From an uncultured Planctomycetaceae bacterium (GTDB taxonomy: Bacteria; Planctomycetota; Planctomycetia; Planctomycetales; Planctomycetaceae), in assembly GCA_963815195.1 (NCBI GenBank), contig CAWFGE010000019.1:96001-160000 (forward strand): DNA of 64,000 nt, given 5' to 3'. This document shows, in pieces, positions 22,647 through 33,405 of the stretch; within the stretch, counting starts at the first letter, position 1, and each line of letters opens with the position of its first letter. A program made the position numbers and the translations under genes. The notes beneath the pieces were generated by a model, which saw nothing but the letters and a program-made list of their open reading frames with translations, did no database searches and was not told where the DNA came from.

Positions 22647-23024
22647 TGTTATCTATCGAAACAACGCCCGAGCGAATCCCGCAATGCAAATGACCAACGG
22701 GATCAAAAAGAGCAGAATCGGGATCGGATTGGAAATCAGAAAAAGATCGAACCGTTTGCCCGATTTCTTCTTCCATCGCCAAAACGACATAGTGCCCTCA
22801 ATAACTATGAACCGCTACGCGGCTAACCCATGCCAATATTTGCCCTGAGTTTTATTCGTATCATTCGTGGGATTCGTGGTTCCTTGCTTTCCTCTGGGAC
22901 GGCACATTTGCGCTGAACTTAATCTGTGTCCTTCGTGGTTCCTTTTTTCCTCATCTTATCAAAACGTGTGTTGAACGCATCGGATAAATCCTGACGGACA
23001 ATTCTGTCTCAATCGGCGATTGGT

Positions 23025-25707
23025 ATGAGTGGTTCTCGCGCCCGCACCAGCAACTCCGTTTCGCTGTTTCCGTTTCTGGCGGTGCTGGTGTGCGCGATGG
23101 GGGCGCTGATTTTCCTGTTGATCGTGACGACCCGCAGGATTCGCACGGAAGCCCTGGCCAAGGCGGTCGCGGCGCGCGAGGAAAAAGCCCGCGAAGGCAT
23201 CCTTCCTCCCAAAATCGTCCGGCCGGAACTTCCGCTCATGATGCCCGCTCAGATCGAGCCGGAATCAAACGTGGTCGGGCCAATTCCGCCGAAACCGCCC
23301 GAACGCATCGAACCCATTCCGGGACTCGTCGTTTTGGGGCCGAGCCAGTCGGAACCGGTTATGCCTCCGCCGCGGGGCAAAACTCCGTCGGCGGACCCCA
23401 AACCGGTTTGGCCCTCCGCCGTCGCCCAGAAGCCGCCGCGGAACGATCCGAACACGAAGCTTCGCGCAACTCGCAAATCTCAAAGCCGCCCAAGACGCGC
23501 AGCGCAAGCGGATCAAACAAAAAGAACAAGCCGCCGCCAAACTGAAACAGCAAGTCGGCAGCCTCACCGAAGACCTCAAGAAAATCAATTCGGAAATCGA
23601 AACCTTAGCCCGCCAGCGGACCAAAGACCGCGAAACCCAGCTCGAGCTCGAACGCGCCAAGAACCAGATCCTGGGCCAGATCGCGAAGGTCGATCGCGAC
23701 ATCCAGGAAGCGCAAAAACAAAATCTCGGCGCACCGACGAAGTTTCAGGTCGTCCCCTTTGACGGGCACACCGGCACGAATTACCGGCCGATCTTGATCG
23801 AATGCACCGCCGAGGGCATGCGGTTCCAGCCGGAAAACGTGCTGCTCAAGCACGAGGACTTCGACGGCTTCACCGTGGGCAAAAATCCGCTGCTCGCCGG
23901 GGCGCGGGCTTTGTCGGATTATTGGATGAAAATCAGCCTGCGTTCGGGCGGCCGCGAGCCGGAGCCTTACATCCTGTTGATCGTCCGGCCCAGCGGCGCG
24001 AAATATTATGCGGCCCGCCGGCTTCTGGAGCCGCTCGGCCGGCCGTTCGGCTACGAGTTGGTGGAAGAGAGCCTGCCCCTCGAGATCCCCAAAGCCGACC
24101 CCGTGGCCACGGAGCTTTGTAAGCGGGCCGTGGAAGAGGTGCTCAAGGAGCGCGAGGACCTCCAGCGGCTGATCGTCTCGCGCGGACCGGAATCGCTCAG
24201 CCGAAATCCCAACTACCGCGTGATCCGCAAACCCGGCGGCGGGTTTGAGGTGGAATACGATCCGCACGGCCATCCCGCAGAAGGCGACTTCGGCGACGGT
24301 CCCGATCCGTTCGCGAAGAATCCGCTCGGCAGCGAGGGCTTCGATTCGCCCGCCACAGAACCCGGCGAAGGCAGCGGCGGCGGATCTTTCCATCGCCCGG
24401 ACAGCGCGGGAGCCGGCGGTTCGCCGCTCGTGACTCGATTGCCAGAACCCGGCACGGGCGGTGGAACGAATTATGGCTCCGGCACCGGCCGCGCGACGGG
24501 CCCGCAAGGATCCGGAACATCTCGGCGAGGCGAAACGTCCCCAGGAACCCTCGGCACGGGAAGAATTCCGTCCGCGGAGCCGTTCGCCGCGTCGCAACCG
24601 GGCAACGGCTTCGGCACGCGAAACCGCGAACCGCACTTGCTGCCCGATGACCTGATCCGCCGGTCCCGCGGACAACTTCCCTACAACGGACAGGCCGGCC
24701 CGCCCACACCGTCGATGGAGACGCATCACGGAACGCAAGCGGGACCGTTTCCCGGTGCCGAACCGCAACAGACGCCCGAACAATTCGGCAGGGTACAGGA
24801 AGAGCCTGGCCAGGGCGGTTTTCAGAATGATCCCAAAAGCGAAAAACGCGGAAAAGGTTCTCCGTTGCCGGCCGATGAACTGCCCCGGCTCGGAACGCTC
24901 GGCCGCACCGGACCGACAGGCGGTGGAGCGGGCTCTCCCGACCGCAAGGAACTTCTCACGCCCGAGGAACTCATCAACCGCTCGCCGAATTTGATTGCCG
25001 ATCCCCCCGCGAACGGTTCTCCCTCGTCGAACCGCTCGGGTGAACCGGGGCCAACCGGGACGGACGTTGGTTCCGCCGAGCAAGTTCCAGACCAACCGGC
25101 TTCGCCGGGACAAAGGCCGGCTTCGCAGGCGAGTCCCAACCGCGTGAATTCCCCCCATGCCAGCGGGCAAACGCCGCCGGAAATGCCTTTGACTTCTGCC
25201 GATCCCAATAATCATCGGGGAACGCCGTCGAATTTGCGGTCCTTCGGCCGTCCGAGCCAAAGCCAGTCTCCGAGCAGTTCGCCGCCCTCGGAACCGCCGA
25301 GCATGGCCAACCAACCGCCGATGCCGAACTTCTTCAATTTGAACTCCCGCCGGCAGATGGAAAACCGGACGACGCCTTATCAACGCCGGTGGGGGCTGTC
25401 GGATCCCCGCGCGAGCATTGGCTTTGAGCGCGAGGTCACGATTCGGGTCGAACCGAACCGCCTGGTCGTGGGGGATGCGTTCGCCGTCTCGTTCGATGAG
25501 AAAACGACCAAGGACCAGCTCTCCGCAGGCATGCTGGAAGCGGTCGAACGCAAAGTCCGCACCTGGGGCCAACCGCCGCGGAGTTTTTATTGGGTGCCCA
25601 CGATTCACTTCCAATCCCCACCGACGGGCATGCCCATCTACCAGCACATGAACGCCACCGCCAAAACCTGGGGCCTGGAAACCGTGCTCACGGAAACACG
25701 AAATTGA
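23025..25707 (+). CDS. Large ExbD/TolR-like single-TM protein (~890 aa); frameshift at ~23465
   Basis: N-terminal TM SVSLFPFLAVLVCAMGALIFLL, Pro-rich linker, coiled coil (QLANLKAAQD.. read in the frame of ORF 23794-25707), domain PYILLIVRPSG..GYELVEE, long Gly/Pro/Ser low-complexity region, C-terminal domain. Confidence 0.65.
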
Positions 25708-25741
25708 CAGAAAGCCAAGCCACCACGAAACACACGAAACA

Positions 25742-25937
25742 CACGAAAAGATTTAACGCAAAGGCGCAAAGAGAAGGCGCAAAGAACGCAGAGGAACCCA
25801 ACATAGAGTGATGTAGACATTATTCAACAGATGTTAGCTTCCGAGAAGTTCGTGCTCACTTATCGATTTTCATCCCGAGGGAATTCTTTGCGGCCTCTGC
25901 GTCTTCCCTTTGCGCCTTTGCGTTAAATCTTTTCGTG
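25742..25937. mobile_element. MITE-like long inverted repeat
   Basis: 25742-25776 (cacgaaaagatttaacgcaaaggcgcaaagagaag) pairs with 25903-25937 with one mismatch, and pairing continues inward; flanked by cacgaaaca-type 9-mers. Confidence 0.7.
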
Positions 25938-26003
25938 GGATTCGTGTCTTTTATTGGCGGTCTTTGCATTAAATCTCTTATCTGGTAGCCGGGGACATTC
26001 GTC

Positions 26004-27218
26004 ATGAGTCGCCGCCAAAAAGCCGAGATGGATTTTGGGTCCGATTCGTTTCTGGACATCATCGCGAACATCGTGGGGATCCTGATTATCCTCATCGTGA
26101 TTGCCGGCGTGCGGGTCAGTCAGCAGGCGGCCGAGGTGGCGGAATCCGAGACCACCGGCAGCGCGCGAGCCATCGCGGACGCCGAGCCCGCGTTTGTTCC
26201 GCCCTTGCCGCTGCCCCCCGAATTTCCCAAGGCGGAACCCGCCCTCACGGACGCAGCGCCGCTCGATCCCCGAATCACGGCGGCGATTCTTGCCGCTTCG
26301 GAACCCCAGTCTCCATCCAAGCCGAAGCCTCCGCGGTTGATGCCGGGCTATGTTCCCGATCCTCCCCAACCGATCGCGCCCTCGGCCAAGTTGCTCGATT
26401 CGATCGCGGCTCTCCAAACCCAGATCAAAGACCTCGACCGAGCATCAAAACAGATCGACGGAACCGCCGAGCAATGGCGGAATTGGAAATCCGAATTGGA
26501 CAAGCAAGCCGAGACCGCCCGCAAAACGCTCCAGAACGGCTGGGAATATGCCGACGCGGAGAACCGCAGGCTTCAGGATTTGAAGCGGCACCTGGATCGC
26601 ACCAAGCTCGTGTTCATCGGCAAGCAGCAGGAGTTGGCGAAGGCCGCAGAGCAAACGGCGAACATCGAGACGCTCCGGCACAAGCTGACGCCGGTGAGCC
26701 GGGAAGTCAACGACAACGAAATCCACTTCCACGTCAAGGACAACCGCGTGGCCTATGTGCCGTTGATGGATTTGGTGGAACGCATGAAGCCGCAGATCGC
26801 CCGGCAGAAGGATTGGCTGATGAAGTACCGCGAGCACCGCGGCCGCGTGGGACCGTACCGCGGGTTTGCGTTGGATTATGTCGTGGTCCGCGAGCGAATC
26901 TCGGCCCTCGAGCAAGCCCGCTTAGGCCCGGGCGTGGGGCGGGTGATCCCGATGCTCCTCAAGTTTCATCCGCAGCCCGAACTCGTCCGCGAATCGCTGG
27001 ACGAAGCGCTCCGGCCGGGTTCGGTGTTTATCCGCGAACTGCAATTGGCGGATGTCAAAACCACGCTCACGTTTTGGGTGTACCCGGACAGCTTCGGGAC
27101 GTATCGCAAGCTCAAAGAGTTCGCGCATGCGGAAGGTTTCACCGTCGCCGCCCGCCCGCTCCAGGAAGGCGACGTGATCTCCGCCTCGCCCTGGGGCAGC
27201 AAATCCGCCGGTCAATAA
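26004..27218 (+). CDS. ExbD/TolR-like single-TM protein with coiled coil
   Basis: TM GSDSFLDIIANIVGILIILIVIAG containing Asp; Pro-rich linker; coiled coil; C-terminal LTFWVYPDSF..GFTVAARP. Confidence 0.7.
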   Translation: MSRRQKAEMDFGSDSFLDIIANIVGILIILIVIAGVRVSQQAAEVAESETTGSARAIADAEPAFVPPLPLPPEFPKAEPALTDAAPLDPRITAAILAASEPQSPSKPKPPRLMPGYVPDPPQPIAPSAKLLDSIAALQTQIKDLDRASKQIDGTAEQWRNWKSELDKQAETARKTLQNGWEYADAENRRLQDLKRHLDRTKLVFIGKQQELAKAAEQTANIETLRHKLTPVSREVNDNEIHFHVKDNRVAYVPLMDLVERMKPQIARQKDWLMKYREHRGRVGPYRGFALDYVVVRERISALEQARLGPGVGRVIPMLLKFHPQPELVRESLDEALRPGSVFIRELQLADVKTTLTFWVYPDSFGTYRKLKEFAHAEGFTVAARPLQEGDVISASPWGSKSAGQ

Positions 27219-27486
27219 AGTCGGGTTCTTCCGGCGAAACAGGGGAACGACGACCGTGTGAAAGAAATTCCTGTCCGCGCTCTTTCACCTCCCCAATGGC
27301 CCAAAGGGGAGGTGAAATCCGTGGTTGATCATCACACAAAATGATCATCCGCGTCCGCCCCCCGCCGATTCGCCGGATGAGCGGATTTTTTTCGACTTGC
27401 CGCGACCCAACCGCAATGGCGACAATCAATAACCCGGAAAGGGGGGGCGCGCGCCTTTCCGCGGAACTCAAAGCCGGAGAACTCCC

Positions 27487-29524
27487 GTGATGCGAACTCG
27501 GTTCTTGCTGCTCCTTCTGTCTGCCGCGGTCTTGCTGGGAAACGTTTCCACGGGATTGGCCGAGGTGCCGACCTGCGAATGGAATGCAAACCAACTCTTT
27601 GACCTCTGTGAAACCGAGGGGCTGGTGCTGTCGGCGGACAAGTCCGCGCTCCAACTGGCGTTCGGGACGGTGGTCGAAGACGACGGGCCGGCCGCCGGGT
27701 ATTCCTATCTTCCGAACCTCGAAACGCTCGACGGCAAAAAACTTGTGCGGAAGATTCTGGTGGCCGATCGCGTGCCGGCCCGCGCGGCCGCGATTCTTGC
27801 GGCCGGGGGCGGCGATTTGGAGTTTCGCTTGAACGGCAAACCGCTGGCTGTCCTGCGAACCCGGCAACTTGGCCCCTATTGGCAGGCTTATGAATTCGAT
27901 CCCGCCTTATTGCGGAAAGGCGAAAACGAAATCATCGCGGCCGGGAAGGGCAAACTCTGGATCGCCCGGAACGAGGACTTCGCCAACGGCTCGCTGACGA
28001 GAAAACAGCATCCCAACCGGAGCGCCAAGAGCACCGACGGCGGCCGATCCTGGAATGACGAGGCCCTGGGCGACCGCGGGAACGCGGACGGCGAATACTG
28101 CCTCCGCCTGGCTCTCGATCAATTCCAGCCACAGGGCCGATTGACCACGCCCGTGCTCGATACAGGCAACCTGAGTAGCAAATTCGTCGGCCGGCCGCTC
28201 GCAGACTGGGGGTCGGTCGAGCTGAAAGTCGATCGGTCGTCCCAAGCTGCAGGCGAGTGCGGGGTTCGCGTTCGTAGCGGCGAAACCGCTGTGCCCGGTC
28301 GCGATTGGACCGAATGGAAGTCGGTTTCCCTCAGCCCGGACGGAGCCGCGGCGCTTCAAGATCTCAAAGGCCGGTTCTTCCAAGTCTCCTGCACATTGCG
28401 GAGTCTCGATCCCCTCAAGTCGCCGCGTTTGCAAAAGTTGTCGCTGAAATCCTCGCCCAAATTCGCCGGGGATTGGACGGACCGGCTCCAAGTGATTGCG
28501 GCCGACAATCCGCCGATCAAACGCAGCTCGATCGAGTTTCGCTACGAGAACTCCCAGCATCCGCTGCTAAAAAAACTTCGGCGGGATTACGATCTGGATC
28601 AATTGGCGGCCGGGGCGGAGTCGGAGTTTGAGGTCATCACGCGGCTCGCGCGGTGGTCTTCCAGCCGCTGGGCGAAGCGGGGCCATCTGGGCGAAGCGTA
28701 TCCGCCCTGGAACGCGCTCGAGATTCTGAAGGATCACGCCGACGGCACGCCGGTGGGCGGCTTTTGCCAGCAGTACAACCTCGTTTTTCTCCAAGCCTGC
28801 CAGAGCCTGGGGATTCCGGCGCGGATGGTTTCGATCGGGCCGAGCGTGTTCACCGACCGCATCCGCAGCGGTCACGAGACGGTCGAGGTCTGGTCGAACG
28901 ATTATCAAAAGTGGGTCTACGTCGATGGAAACACCGCCTGGTACTTCACCGATCCAAAAACGAACATCCCCTTGTCGCTGTGGGAATTGCGGCAGGCCCA
29001 GTTGGACGCCTTCGACAAAAAGCCGACGCCCGCGCCCCGGCTCGTCAAGCTCGCCGAAACCCGCTCCACTTGGGAGGGCCTGGGGAGTTTTCCGGCGTTT
29101 CTCGAATTGCGGTTGGTGCCCCGGAGCAATTTCCTTTCGCAGGCGGCTCCGTTGCCGGTGAATCAGGGCATGCGGGGCTGGTTCTGGACGGGCTACCGGG
29201 TGTGGAGCGACGAGCGGCTTCCCGCGCGGGACATCTATCCTCACCGGATCTTCAAACGCGGAAACTTCGAGTGGCCGGTGAACTGCGTGCACTTCGTTTT
29301 GGAACCGTTGGAGACAGCCGGGACACATCAAAGTGCATGTGGATGTGGAAATGCCCAATCGGAAAATCGTGTCGGCCCGCATCGGGAAAGAACCTGCGAA
29401 GGCCGTCGCCTCCGGGTTCGATTGGCAGTTGCATCCCGGCCGAAACCGGCTCGAATTGACGCCCATCAACCAATCCGGCCGGAGCGGGCGGACCAATTCA
29501 ATCGAACTCCAATACGATCCCTGA
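27487..29524 (+). CDS. Secreted transglutaminase-like domain protein; frameshift at ~29325
   Basis: Signal peptide; GFCQQYN (Cys) and GHETVEVW..WVYVD (His/Asp); the likely true C-terminus is ORF 29333-29524 (WQLHPGRNRLEL). Confidence 0.75.
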
Positions 29525-29841
29525 ACACGCAGAATGCGGTGCGCGTCTTGGGATGTGGCAGTGAGTTCCTAAAGCGGAACCGCCTCGCGGGAAATTCCCG
29601 CGCGCCGGGTGCCGTAGGCCTTGCGGTTTTCGCGCGAGTTTCCAAGAATGCGTGGGATTTGCGGGCGAAAACGCCCCATTCTTCACGCCGATCTTCTCAA
29701 CTCTGGGAAATCATTTCTAAGGGTTCTCTAGCTTCTGAGAAAAGCGGCAGGAGGCGGCTTTTGTGGTTGTCAGTTTCCTAAGATCCTGACAGAATTCCGT
29801 CGGCGCTAAGGTTCTGACGATATTTTTTCTTTGAGGATGAC

Positions 29842-30795
29842 ATGGCCAAGAAGAAGTCCACCAAAGACATTCTGGCCGCAGCCCGCGCGCAAGCGGCAAG
29901 TTCCGAAGGCGGTTCGGAAGAGTCTCCGGCCGAGGAAACACCGGCCGGCCAGCCAGCCGAAACTCCCCAGCCGAAGGCTCCGCCAAAGACGGGCGGCGGT
30001 TCGCCCGGATCGACCAAAGACATCCTGGCCGCGGCCCGCGCAGCGGCGGCGGGCGGCGGAAGCAAAACCGCATCCTCTGACAGCCCCAAGCCCGCCGCGA
30101 AGAAGCCGGCGGCAAAAAAAACCGCCGCCGTCGTCGTCGGCGAGAAGCCCTCGGTGCAGGAAATGCTCAAAGCCGCGCGGGAAGGCAAACCCGCTGGCGA
30201 AAAACCGGCCGTTCCCCCGCCGAAAAAGCCCGTCGCGGCCGGGGCGATTCGCGCGGCGAAGAACAAAGCGGCCCAGGAAGATCAAGATCGCCGCGTGTTC
30301 TTGCTGTCGTGGCTGTTCGCGCCGTTTATGCTGGCGTGGATTCTGTTCTCCGGGGCGACGGTCGCGTTTTTGTTGGGGATGGCCCGGTTTATGATGCCCA
30401 ACGTCCTTGTCGAGCCGCCCAGTAACTTCAAAGTCGGCGGTCCCGGCGATTTTTCTGCGGGCACCGTGTCCACCAAGTTCAAGGCGGAATACGGCGTGTG
30501 GGTTGTGAACACCGTCTATCAAGGCAAGCAAATCATCTTCGCCCTCCGGTCCGTGTGCACGCACCTGGGCTGCACGCCAAACTGGCTCGAAGGCGAGCAG
30601 AAATTCAAATGCCCCTGCCACGGCTCGGGGTTCTATATCGACGGGATCAACTTTGAAGGCCCCGCGCCCCGGCCGCTGGAGCGGGTGGGCATCGCCTTGG
30701 CTCCCGACGGCCTCTTGCAAGTGGATAAAAGCCTCACATTCCAGCAGGAAATGGGCCAATGGGAAGACCCCGCCTCCTATTACGAGGTGGCGTAA
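29842..30795 (+). CDS. Rieske [2Fe-2S] subunit of a Rieske/cytochrome b complex
   Basis: CTHLGC and CPCHGS boxes, GPAPRPL, Tat-like DRRVFL before the TM helix; long Ala/Pro/Lys N-terminus. Confidence 0.95.
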   Translation: MAKKKSTKDILAAARAQAASSEGGSEESPAEETPAGQPAETPQPKAPPKTGGGSPGSTKDILAAARAAAAGGGSKTASSDSPKPAAKKPAAKKTAAVVVGEKPSVQEMLKAAREGKPAGEKPAVPPPKKPVAAGAIRAAKNKAAQEDQDRRVFLLSWLFAPFMLAWILFSGATVAFLLGMARFMMPNVLVEPPSNFKVGGPGDFSAGTVSTKFKAEYGVWVVNTVYQGKQIIFALRSVCTHLGCTPNWLEGEQKFKCPCHGSGFYIDGINFEGPAPRPLERVGIALAPDGLLQVDKSLTFQQEMGQWEDPASYYEVA

Positions 30796-30866
30796 TCCTT
30801 GGTTGTTTGTGCGTTGTGATTGGCTCAGTCAGGTTCGAGGAAACCTTGGCGGGATAGGAACATTCC

Positions 30867-31640
30867 ATGTCGGTTGGTGACTACATTCGGAATTCGCAGG
30901 TTTGGAAGAGTATCTTTCGGCATCCCGCACCGGTGGATCGGCGAAACCGCTCCATCGTGATGCTGACCAACTTCTTCCTGCATTTGCATCCCGTGTCCGT
31001 CAAGAAGGAAGGCATCGCCTTGTCCTACACCTGGTGTATGGGCGGGATCACCTTCTTTCTGTTCCTGGTGGAAACGCTCACTGGCGTTCTGCTGATGTTC
31101 TACTACCGGCCCACGCTCGAATGGGCCTTCAACGACATCCTGGCCCTCCGCGATGTGCAGACGCTGGGCATCATGCGGGAGATTCACCGCTGGGCGGCCC
31201 ACGCGATGGTGATCACCGTGTGGCTGCACATGTACCGGGTGTTTCTCACGGGAAGCTACAAGCCGCCCCGCGAGTTCAATTGGGTCGTCGGGGTGTTGCT
31301 GTTGGTGCTGACGTTATTGCTGTCGTTCACCGGCTATTTGCTGCCTTGGGATCAGTTGGCGATTTGGGCCATCACCGTGGGCTCCAACATGGCCCGCGCG
31401 ACGCCGTTCCTCGGCAACGAAGGTCCGGGAGCCCAGATATTAAACGTGGGCGGGTTCGACTTGATTACCAGCGGCAGCGATGCCCGGTTTCTGCTCTTGG
31501 GCGGAAGATTCGTCGGCGAGGCGACGCTCAACCGGTTTTACATTCTTCACTGCGTGGCGATCCCCTTGGTTGTCGCGGGGCTGATCGCGATCCACTTCTG
31601 GCGCGTGCGAAAAGACGGCGGCATCAGTCAGCCTTTGTAG
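30867..31640 (+). CDS. Cytochrome b6-like subunit (N-terminal half of a split cytochrome b)
   Basis: WCMGGITF, EIHRW..LHMYRVF..YKPPREFNW, TGYLLPWDQ, ILH-14 aa-HFW. Confidence 0.95.
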   Translation: MSVGDYIRNSQVWKSIFRHPAPVDRRNRSIVMLTNFFLHLHPVSVKKEGIALSYTWCMGGITFFLFLVETLTGVLLMFYYRPTLEWAFNDILALRDVQTLGIMREIHRWAAHAMVITVWLHMYRVFLTGSYKPPREFNWVVGVLLLVLTLLLSFTGYLLPWDQLAIWAITVGSNMARATPFLGNEGPGAQILNVGGFDLITSGSDARFLLLGGRFVGEATLNRFYILHCVAIPLVVAGLIAIHFWRVRKDGGISQPL

Positions 31641-31697
31641 CGGGAAACTCGAAATCCAAAACAAATCCCAATTTCAGTCGTTTCAAATTACGAAAAA

Positions 31698-31951
31698 AGG
31701 ACCGAAGGTCCGGCTCTATGTCAGCCCAGGACGCAGTCCTGGGGAACGGGAACGAACAAATTGCAGAAGCCCCAACGGGGCGGTCCTAAATCGGAGATAG
31801 GCAAGTGCCTCAGTCCGTGGCGAAAGTCGGTATTCCCATTGTGTTTTCCCCCAAGGGCCGCCCCGTTGGGGCTTGCGTTTCATTCATCATCCCGGACCCA
31901 GGGCGGCGCTGCGCTTGCCCTGGGCTGACATAGAGCCGGACCTTCGGCCCT
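31698..31951. mobile_element. MITE/REPIN-like nested palindromic element, copy 2
   Basis: aggaccgaaggtccggctctatgtcagcccagg ... cctgggctgacatagagccggaccttcggccct; homologous to 16840-17052. Confidence 0.72.
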
Positions 31952-32001
31952 CAAATCCTGATTTTAATTCCCCCACAGTCTGGCAAGGACGGGTGAGGCC
32001 C

Positions 32002-33354
32002 ATGTTAGAAGCACATCCAGATCTGACTCGAGAGGTGATTCTCGGCTTGGGTTGGATTTATTTCCTCTTGTTTTTGATGAACGTCTGGTGGGCTTACGGC
32101 AGCTTCAAGCGCCACGAGCATGCTCAGATTCGCCTGGGCGGACTCTTAGGCGACGGGCAGGATGTGCCGGTTGCGGGATTCTGGGCGCTGTATGCGGCCG
32201 TTTTGAGCATGGTCGCGTTGGGGCACTTCACGGGGGCCGGAAGTCCCGACACCTTCATCATTCGCTTGCCGGAATGGCTCAAGTCCGGGGTGGACGGCGT
32301 GGTGGCGAACCCCGTGACCTACTTCATCTTCTCGATCGCGTTGTTCGGGGCGATGATCGTGTTCCGGAATTGGTGGACCCGGCCCACCGTGTCCTGGATT
32401 CTCCTGAACGTGGCGCTGGTGTCGATGGCGCTCGCCATGACGGATTGGGACTTCCGCCAAATCGTCGGCAAGCCGGACAACGTGCCGATCGTGTCGATGC
32501 TGTTCATCGTGTCGTTCTTCACCTGGATTTATTTCACCCGCGCGGGAGACAACGACCGGCGGATTGAGCAGGGACTGCCGCTCCGCGAGAAGGCGAACGG
32601 CGGCGATGAGAAAATTCTCGTCTGGCCCGACCTGGTCTATACCGAATTGATCTGCATGGTGGTGCTCACGGTGATTCTGACGGCATGGGGCATTGCCCTT
32701 CAGGCCCCGCTCGAAGAACCCGCCTCCGCCGTGAAAACGCCCAACCCCTCGAAGGCTCCGTGGTATTTTCTGGGCCTTCAGGAAATGCTCGTGTATTACG
32801 ATCCCTGGCTGGCGGGGGTGGTGTTTCCCAGTGTGATTCTCGTGGGGCTGATGGCGATTCCCTTCATCGACTTCAATAAAAAAGGCAACGGCTACTACAC
32901 GTTCAAGGAGCGGTGGTTCGCCGTCTCCACGTTCCTGTTCGGCTTTTTGCCCTTGTGGGTCGCGATGATCGTTTTGGGCACGTTCCTGCGGGGTCCGAAC
33001 TGGAACATCTTCGGCCCGTTCGAGTTCTGGGACGTGCACAAGCTCGAGGTGTTGAACAACGTCAACCTCTCGGAGGTGGTCTATCTCAACTGGCTGGACA
33101 CATCGCTGCCCGAGGCGATCTGGCTGCGCAAGGCGCCGGGCTTTATTGCGATTTTGGTGTATTTGTTTTTGCTGCCCCCGCTCTTGGCCGCCACCATTTT
33201 CCGGGGCATGTTCCAGCGGATGGGGTTCATCCGGTATCTGGTGTTTATGATGCTGCTGTTATTGATGGCGGCCCTGCCGATTAAGATGGTGCTTCGCTGG
33301 GCGTTCAACCTCAAATACATCGTCGCCATCCCTGAATTTTTCTTCAACATCTGA
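32002..33354 (+). CDS. Cytochrome b C-terminal half (subunit IV-like) with extra N-terminal TM domain
   Basis: VWPDLVY, APLEEPA..TPNPSKAPWYFLGLQE (PEWY-equivalent); about five extra TM helices upstream; ATG at 32002. Confidence 0.88.
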   Translation: MLEAHPDLTREVILGLGWIYFLLFLMNVWWAYGSFKRHEHAQIRLGGLLGDGQDVPVAGFWALYAAVLSMVALGHFTGAGSPDTFIIRLPEWLKSGVDGVVANPVTYFIFSIALFGAMIVFRNWWTRPTVSWILLNVALVSMALAMTDWDFRQIVGKPDNVPIVSMLFIVSFFTWIYFTRAGDNDRRIEQGLPLREKANGGDEKILVWPDLVYTELICMVVLTVILTAWGIALQAPLEEPASAVKTPNPSKAPWYFLGLQEMLVYYDPWLAGVVFPSVILVGLMAIPFIDFNKKGNGYYTFKERWFAVSTFLFGFLPLWVAMIVLGTFLRGPNWNIFGPFEFWDVHKLEVLNNVNLSEVVYLNWLDTSLPEAIWLRKAPGFIAILVYLFLLPPLLAATIFRGMFQRMGFIRYLVFMMLLLLMAALPIKMVLRWAFNLKYIVAIPEFFFNI

Positions 33355-33405
33355 CGTATCAACGTATCGTCGAAATCTCCCCTCCAGGACAGGATTCGAT
33401 AAGCC

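Noticed and set aside
21237..27218. Calling the motor locus a Zorya defence system or a flagellar MotAB stator
   Set aside because: Neither partner shows an OmpA-like peptidoglycan-binding domain that I could recognise, and no ZorC/D/E or flagellar genes are nearby; only the long tail is ZorA-like.
29525..29781. C-terminal extension of ORF 27487-29781
   Set aside because: It is read-through caused by the frameshift; the plausible C-terminus ends at 29524.
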